From an uncultured Acidobacteriota bacterium (GTDB lineage: Bacteria; Acidobacteriota; Thermoanaerobaculia; UBA5066): a DNA stretch of 64,000 nucleotides. Positions 61,049 to 64,000 of the stretch are shown in pieces (the stretch's first letter is position 1; the number at the start of each line of letters is the position of its first letter). A program made the translations under genes and the position numbers. The notes under the pieces are model-generated. The model was not told the DNA's origin, did no database searches, and worked only from the letters and a program-made list of their open reading frames with translations. Location of the stretch: positions 1,120,001-1,184,000 of the forward strand of contig CAVZYA010000002.1 in NCBI GenBank assembly GCA_963779415.1, read 5' to 3'.

Positions 61049-61813
61049 TCAAGGACTCTGGTTCGCAAACTGGCTCAGGACCCTGAGCATCGGCTCGCTG
61101 GAGATCCGCATCAGGCCGGCTGAAAGGCTGGTCGAGCTCAAGGATCAGGAAGATGGCGCCGGAGACCGAGAGGGCCGAGACCGCAGGGAGAGGGTGGCGG
61201 TCGCGTTGGCTGGCGCGAGCAGGCTGAAGCCGAGAAAGATGAGCATGAGCCAGGTGACGACGACGATCAGGAGCGGCGCCGAAATGGACGGGACCGTTTG
61301 CGCCACCAGCTGCTCCCGAGACTGGCCGAGCTCGGCGGCGACGGTTGTCGCCTGAGCCTTCAGGGTCCGCTGCAGGTCGTCCTGCGGGGAGAGACGAAGG
61401 ATGGCGTAATAGACTTCGTCTCCCGCGTGGCGTTCCGGAGCCAGCTGGCTCAGCGTACCTTTCTCCTCGGGCCAGATCCGCCGAACAGCTCCCTCGGTCG
61501 TGACGCGCAGCCGGGAGCGGGCATCCGCCGCTTCCGGCCCGTAGGCCAGGAGCATCCGATCGAGATAAGCGACCCGGGCGGCCATCTGAATGACCTGCCC
61601 CCTCGTGGCGTCGTAGGAGCTCTTGGCCGAACTGACGAGGAATCCCAGGAGGAGGGCCGTCATGGTCGAGACAAGACCCAGGGCCAGCTTCACCGTATCC
61701 GTCGTCTCCGCACTCCGGTGAGCTTCGGGAAGGAGGCGGCGCAGGCGCCTCCCGATCAGCACCGCGGCAAGGAGGGACGCGGCGACAATGGCGGCGGTGA
61801 TCGTGGAACTCAT
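61049..61813 (-). CDS. DUF4239/bestrophin-like membrane protein with frameshifts near its 3' end
   Basis: GLVSTMTALLLGFLVSSAKSSYD; shifted frames give AIFLILELDQPF..GLMRISSEPM to a stop at 61049. Confidence 0.75.
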
Positions 61814-61851
61814 CGTGGCGTTCTCCCTTATTGTCCAGGGCCTTTGACGAA

Positions 61852-61888
61852 GAAGGCCGGCGAACCGCTGCGCGGAACGCCGGCCTCC
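61852..61888 (-). terminator. hairpin after the sulfatase gene
   Basis: GGAGGCCGGCG..CCGCGCAGCGG..CGCCGGCCTTC followed by TT on the minus strand. Confidence 0.45.
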
Positions 61889-61919
61889 CGAATCGGCCGG
61901 GTGGATCCGACCTCCGTGG

Positions 61920-64000
61920 CTATTCGCTGACCTTGTTGTTCCGCTGCGCCGCCTCGAGTTTCTTGATGTCCTCGGGGGTCAGCTTCGGCCGGTCGATCTT
62001 GAGCGTGACCTTGTTGATCTTGCCGTTGAACGCGAACGGAACCTGGTAGTCGCCGTCGTCGACCGGCGTGCCGGTGTCGGAGCCGACGTCGAGGTTCTCG
62101 TCCCACTCCAGGATGAACGGGAGCGTGTGCTCCATCGTCTGCGTGGCGACGGCCTTTCCGTCGACTTTGAGAACGCCGGTGCCGCCGCGGCCGATGCCGC
62201 TGACGTTGTTGAAGGCCAGGGTGGCCATCCCGAGGCCGTCGTAGTTGAAGTCGAACTCGAGGACGTGGCGGCCCGGCGTGAGGGCCTCGGGGCCTTCCCA
62301 GCGGATCCGCTTCACGTCGACGAGGTTCCAGAGGAAGACCGGCTTCCCCTTCATCAGGTAGAAGCCGTAGCCCGCGAAGCGGCCCCCCTCCGTGATGAGC
62401 ATGCCGCTCCCGCCCCCCTGCGGGATCTCGACGTCGGCCGTGATGGTGTACGAGGTGTTCAGGACCGATGGCGCGTCGCCATACGGCGTCCCCGTGAGGG
62501 GCCGCGTCCACGTGAAGACGTCGCGGCCGGCGGTGATGCTCGGGCGCGGCGTGACGAGCCGGGTCACGACCGTCGCGTCGAGCGGCTCGACCTGGTACTT
62601 TTCCGCCTCCTGCCAGAAGATCGCCTCGAGCTCCTTGACCTTTTCCGGGTACTTCGCGGCGACGTTGTCGGCCTGGGTCCAGTCCTTCGTCAGGTCATAC
62701 AGCTCCAGCGGGAACTTCGACGGGTCGACCCCGACGCCGCCGGCCGTGACCCAGGGCGGGCGCATGACCTTCGTCGAGAGGATCCATCCGTCGTGGTAGA
62801 CCGCGTGGTCGCCGAACATCTCGAAGTACTGCGTCCTGTGCGTGGAGGGGGCCTTCTCGTTCTTCTTGTCGAAGGTGTACATCATGCTGACGCCCTCGAT
62901 CGGGCTCTGCTTGATGCCGTCCACGTATTCGGGCTGCCGGATGCCGGCCGCCTCGAGGATCGTCGGGACGATGTCGATCATGTGGTGGAACTGGTTCCGG
63001 ATTCCCCCCTTGTCCTTGATCACCTTGGGCCAGGAGATCGCCGTCCCCTGCCGGACGCCGCCGAAGTGCGAGGCGATCTGCTTCGTCCAGGAGAACGGCG
63101 TGTCGAAAGCCCACGCCCAGGGTACCGCCATGTGGTTGTAGGTCTTGTCCGAGCCCCAGGCGTCGTAGAAGTACTTGAGCTGGGCCTCGACGGGGACGTC
63201 GACCTGGTTGAACATGGCGACTTCGTTCGGCGTCCCGTTGAGCGTCCCCTCGGAGCTGGTGCCGTTGTCTCCTTCGATGTAGATGATCAGCGTGTTGTCG
63301 AGCTTTCCCATCTCCTCGACCGCCTGGATGACGCGGCCGATCTCGTGGTCGGTGTAGGCGACGTAGGCCGCGAAGACGTCCACCTGCCGGAGGAACATCT
63401 TCTTCTCGTCCGGCGTGCACTGGTCCCACTCCTTCAGGAGCTCCTTGGGCCAGGGGGTCAGCTTCGCGTCCTTCGGGATCACGCCGAGCTTCTTCTGGTT
63501 CGCAAAGATCGTCTCGCGCAGCTTGTTCCACCCCTTGTCGAAGAGGTGCATGTCGCTGATCTTCTTGATCCACTCCGGCGTCGGGTGGTGGGGCGCGTGC
63601 GTCCCGCCCGGCACGTAGTAGACGAAGAAGGGCTGGTCGGGCGTCAGCGTGTTGACCTGGTTCATGTAGGCGATCGCCTCGTCGGCCATCGCCGTCGTCA
63701 GGTTGTAGCCGGGGTTCCCCTGGAACGGATAGATGTAGGTCGTGTTCCGGGCGAGGTTCGCCGGCTCCCACTGATTCGTGTCGCCCCCCATGAAGCCGTA
63801 GAAGTACTCGAAGCCCATGCCGATGGGCCATTGGTCGAACGGGCCGATCGAGGTCGCCTCGAAGGACGGCGTGTTGTGGTTCTTCCCGAACCACGAGGTC
63901 CGGTATCCGTGGTCCAGGAGGATCCGGCCGATCGTCGCCTTGTCCTTCGGGATGATGCTGTCGTAACCCGGGTATCCGGTCGCCTGCTCGGAGATGACGC
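61920..64000 (-). CDS. arylsulfatase (5' partial) with C-terminal beta-sandwich extension
   Basis: WFGKNHN, GFEYFYGF, THAPHH, GDNG, HFGGVRQG, ELYDLTKDW. Confidence 0.93.
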   Translation of the reverse strand, partial: VISEQATGYPGYDSIIPKDKATIGRILLDHGYRTSWFGKNHNTPSFEATSIGPFDQWPIGMGFEYFYGFMGGDTNQWEPANLARNTTYIYPFQGNPGYNLTTAMADEAIAYMNQVNTLTPDQPFFVYYVPGGTHAPHHPTPEWIKKISDMHLFDKGWNKLRETIFANQKKLGVIPKDAKLTPWPKELLKEWDQCTPDEKKMFLRQVDVFAAYVAYTDHEIGRVIQAVEEMGKLDNTLIIYIEGDNGTSSEGTLNGTPNEVAMFNQVDVPVEAQLKYFYDAWGSDKTYNHMAVPWAWAFDTPFSWTKQIASHFGGVRQGTAISWPKVIKDKGGIRNQFHHMIDIVPTILEAAGIRQPEYVDGIKQSPIEGVSMMYTFDKKNEKAPSTHRTQYFEMFGDHAVYHDGWILSTKVMRPPWVTAGGVGVDPSKFPLELYDLTKDWTQADNVAAKYPEKVKELEAIFWQEAEKYQVEPLDATVVTRLVTPRPSITAGRDVFTWTRPLTGTPYGDAPSVLNTSYTITADVEIPQGGGSGMLITEGGRFAGYGFYLMKGKPVFLWNLVDVKRIRWEGPEALTPGRHVLEFDFNYDGLGMATLAFNNVSGIGRGGTGVLKVDGKAVATQTMEHTLPFILEWDENLDVGSDTGTPVDDGDYQVPFAFNGKINKVTLKIDRPKLTPEDIKKLEAAQRNNKVSE

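Overview
High-GC bacterial chromosomal window from a diderm (it encodes a TonB receptor, porins and outer-membrane barrels). The gene content suggests Acidobacteriota, probably Thermoanaerobaculia (inference). Bases 1-21 kb hold an envelope/periplasm cluster: a multiheme cytochrome-TPR protein, K+ channel, two DUF4136 lipoproteins, ABC pair, AsmA-like protein, several beta-barrels, and a class D-like sortase next to its LPKTA-motif substrate. Bases 21-29 kb carry a beta-carbonic anhydrase whose Zn-ligand His is replaced by Gln, toxin-antitoxin genes/remnants, a fused E1 alpha/beta dehydrogenase, an S1-domain protein, a cobalamin riboswitch plus btuB, and tRNA-Ala(GGC). A ~5.4 kb decayed island (29031-34413) is bounded by the tRNA 3' end and a degenerate copy of it. 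It holds two secreted proteins sharing an unnamed domain, an integrase remnant and an AbrB/RelE-like pair. An 18-bp motif (GTGCCTGACCCCGATTYT) occurs as same-strand direct repeats around single small genes in and beyond the island. The rest encodes a Ser/Thr kinase, M13 peptidase, two arylsulfatases, a porin, a P1/PLC-like-barrel fusion, a glycogen/oxidative pentose phosphate operon and a GH63-like glucosidase. Many single-base frameshifts look like assembly errors. Family names are from motif recognition; no searches were run.
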